Below are positions 33,352 to 34,745 of a DNA stretch of 34,745 nucleotides, one piece after another. Position numbers and translations under genes: made by a program. Where the stretch lies: IMG/VR virus record IMGVR_UViG_3300009124_000047, positions 1-34,745 of that record, one strand, 5' to 3'. The notes beneath the pieces were generated by a model. That model was given only the letters and a program-made list of their open reading frames with translations. It was not told the origin of the DNA and searched no databases. This stretch comes from a virus (Duplodnaviria > Caudoviricetes). The number at the start of each line of letters is the position of its first letter. Position 1 is the stretch's first letter.

Positions 33352-33669
33352 TTAGGCCGGGTCCAGCTCGATACCGTAGCGGGCGATTCGGACCCGGTAG
33401 ACGTGGCCGCAAACTCGTATCAGAGCGCCGTCGTGAATCGGGACGGGTTCGGCGGGTCGCTTGCCGGGCTCGCCTTGTTCGGTGATTGCGAAGGGCAACC
33501 CGAAGGCGTAGGCCCACGGTCCGGGGATCAGGGGGCCGCCGTAGGTCTTGCGGCCTTGCTCGCCTTCGGGAACGTAGCCTACGTGGAAGGTCCGATCCTC
33601 GAAGGCGAGGACCGTAGCGGTGTCGTCGGGCCCGCCCCGATACGGTAGAATCGTGGGTATGGTGTCCAT
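33352..33669 (-). CDS. Hypothetical early protein (105 aa, MDTIPTIL...)
   Basis: First gene of the leftward array; ATG after hairpin plus ATCCCCTACCC motif. Confidence 0.65.
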   Translation of the reverse strand: MDTIPTILPYRGGPDDTATVLAFEDRTFHVGYVPEGEQGRKTYGGPLIPGPWAYAFGLPFAITEQGEPGKRPAEPVPIHDGALIRVCGHVYRVRIARYGIELDPA

Positions 33670-33833
33670 GCTTTCTAGTGGGTAGGGGATGCCTTGCGGC
33701 AATGTTGCCGAAGGATGCACTATCTATCGGCAGAACACCAGCGAACGTTGCGTGACGTGTCACTATTTCTTGATGCGTCTCTCGTAACATAGGGAAACGC
33801 TACGGGTTACGTCGCGCAAGTTTTCTCAGATTG

Positions 33834-33848
33834 TGTTACGCTTCCGGC
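33834..33848 (+). promoter_or_regulatory. Putative extended -10 promoter for leaderless terS mRNA
   Basis: TGtTACGCT then 6 nt then ATG 33849; no SD. Confidence 0.5.
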
Positions 33849-34442
33849 ATGCATGCGCCAGAACGTAAGCCCGGAAGGCCCGTAAGCCCTTTGCCTCGCG
33901 CCGTATGTGAACGGTTCCTAGAATGGATTGCGTCGGGCCGGACGTTGCGCGCTTTCGCCAGAGCGGAAGGGATAAGCGAAAGTGTGTTGTATCGGTGGGC
34001 AGAAAAGGATGAAGCGTTTCGTCGGGACGTAAGGGAAGCCCGGACCGTAGGCCACGACAGCCTAGCTGCGGAGATGCTGGAGATAGCCGATTCCGCCACG
34101 CCGGAAACGGTAGGGCCGGACCGCTTGCGCTGCGACGTAAGGCGCTGGCTCCTGTCCAGGTGGAGTCCAGAGCGTTACGGCGATGCGAAAGCGTCGGGCG
34201 AATCCGGAGCTACCGTCGTCGTCGTGACGGGGGTCCCTCGCGAGCGGCTGGTCGATGCGGTCGAGCGTAACCAGGAAACGACCCCCACCCTGGGGCGGTC
34301 ACCGCTCGCTGCGTCGCGCGCGGGGGGAGAGGAACACAACACCTCCAACACACAAATGTCCCCCAACACACACATCTCCTCCAACCCACAGCCCCGCGTA
34401 ACCGTAGAAATCGACCCCCCTATCTCCGACGACCCCCTCTAA
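33849..34442 (+). CDS. terS: Terminase small subunit (Sf6-like)
   Basis: KPGRP, IASGRTLR, LYRW, EMLEIAD, RLRCDVRRWLLSRWSPERYGD; precedes terL. Confidence 0.85.
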   Translation: MHAPERKPGRPVSPLPRAVCERFLEWIASGRTLRAFARAEGISESVLYRWAEKDEAFRRDVREARTVGHDSLAAEMLEIADSATPETVGPDRLRCDVRRWLLSRWSPERYGDAKASGESGATVVVVTGVPRERLVDAVERNQETTPTLGRSPLAASRAGGEEHNTSNTQMSPNTHISSNPQPRVTVEIDPPISDDPL

Positions 34443-34507
34443 AGCCTAGCCCGATTTGTGCCTTCCCACTTTTTTTGGGAGGCGTTACTTATACGGTTAC
34501 TTTTTCG

Positions 34508-34524
34508 ACCTCCTTTCAGGAGGT
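34508..34524 (+). promoter_or_regulatory. Hairpin occluding the terL Shine-Dalgarno
   Basis: ACCTCCT-ttc-AGGAGGT perfect 7-bp stem; ATG at 34533. Confidence 0.6.
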
Positions 34525-34532
34525 GATACAGC

Positions 34533-34745
34533 ATGTCTGAGAGTGTGAATCTCACATTGGACTATGAGCCTCGCGACTGGCAGCGGATGTGCCACATCAA
34601 CAAGGCTAGGTTCACGGTCTTGGCCTTGCACAGGCGTGCGGGGAAGACGGAGTTGGCGCTCATGGAACTGCTGGACTGCGCCATGTCCTGTCAGAAGGAT
34701 CTGGGGGCGTTCTTCTACGTCGCGCCGCAGTTGAAGCAGGCCAAG
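34533..34745 (+). CDS. terL: Terminase large subunit, 3'-truncated
   Basis: Manually read: YEPRDWQ, RFTVLALHRRAGKT (Walker A), FYVAPQLKQAK. Confidence 0.9.
   Translation, partial: MSESVNLTLDYEPRDWQRMCHINKARFTVLALHRRAGKTELALMELLDCAMSCQKDLGAFFYVAPQLKQAK

Noticed and set aside
33722-33750. Sigma-28 promoter (GCCGATAG on the - strand)
   Set aside because: No TAAA -35 element at the required spacing.
31815-33790. Full-length 331-aa and 267-aa track ORFs (and the 142-aa ORF at 30383-30811)
   Set aside because: Their Arg/Pro-rich 5' parts are off-frame readings of other genes; only the 3' portions after internal ATGs are credible.
1-34745. Diversity-generating retroelement (given the BPP-1-like head genes), integrase or alternative genetic code
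   Set aside because: No reverse transcriptase, TR/VR pair or recombinase in the window; genes tile cleanly under the standard code using all three stop codons.

Overview
Most of a tailed dsDNA phage genome with podovirus-type (BPP-1/T7-like) morphogenesis. The + strand (1-22.7 kb) carries a putative lysis cassette, head genes (Bbp19-like protein, scaffold, major capsid, cement), two greatly enlarged tail tubular proteins, three internal virion proteins including a 2285-aa polyvalent protein, and a cluster of small acidic or very basic proteins. The - strand (22.7-33.7 kb) carries a lambdoid-type replication module (initiator with internal origin-like repeats, DnaC-like loader), a stand-alone DnaA domain IV protein, recombination genes (Sak-like annealase, exonuclease) and an array of small early genes joined by repeated junction motifs. 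terS and the start of terL close the window. No portal, tail fibre, endolysin, integrase, RNA or DNA polymerase, tRNA or CRISPR array was seen. The most striking features are (i) a tail adaptor fused to an SGNH esterase that is split by about 700 aa of apparently nested beta-domain insertions, and (ii) an early gene-cassette array delimited by several families of short repeats. All family calls rest on motif recognition and synteny; no searches were run.
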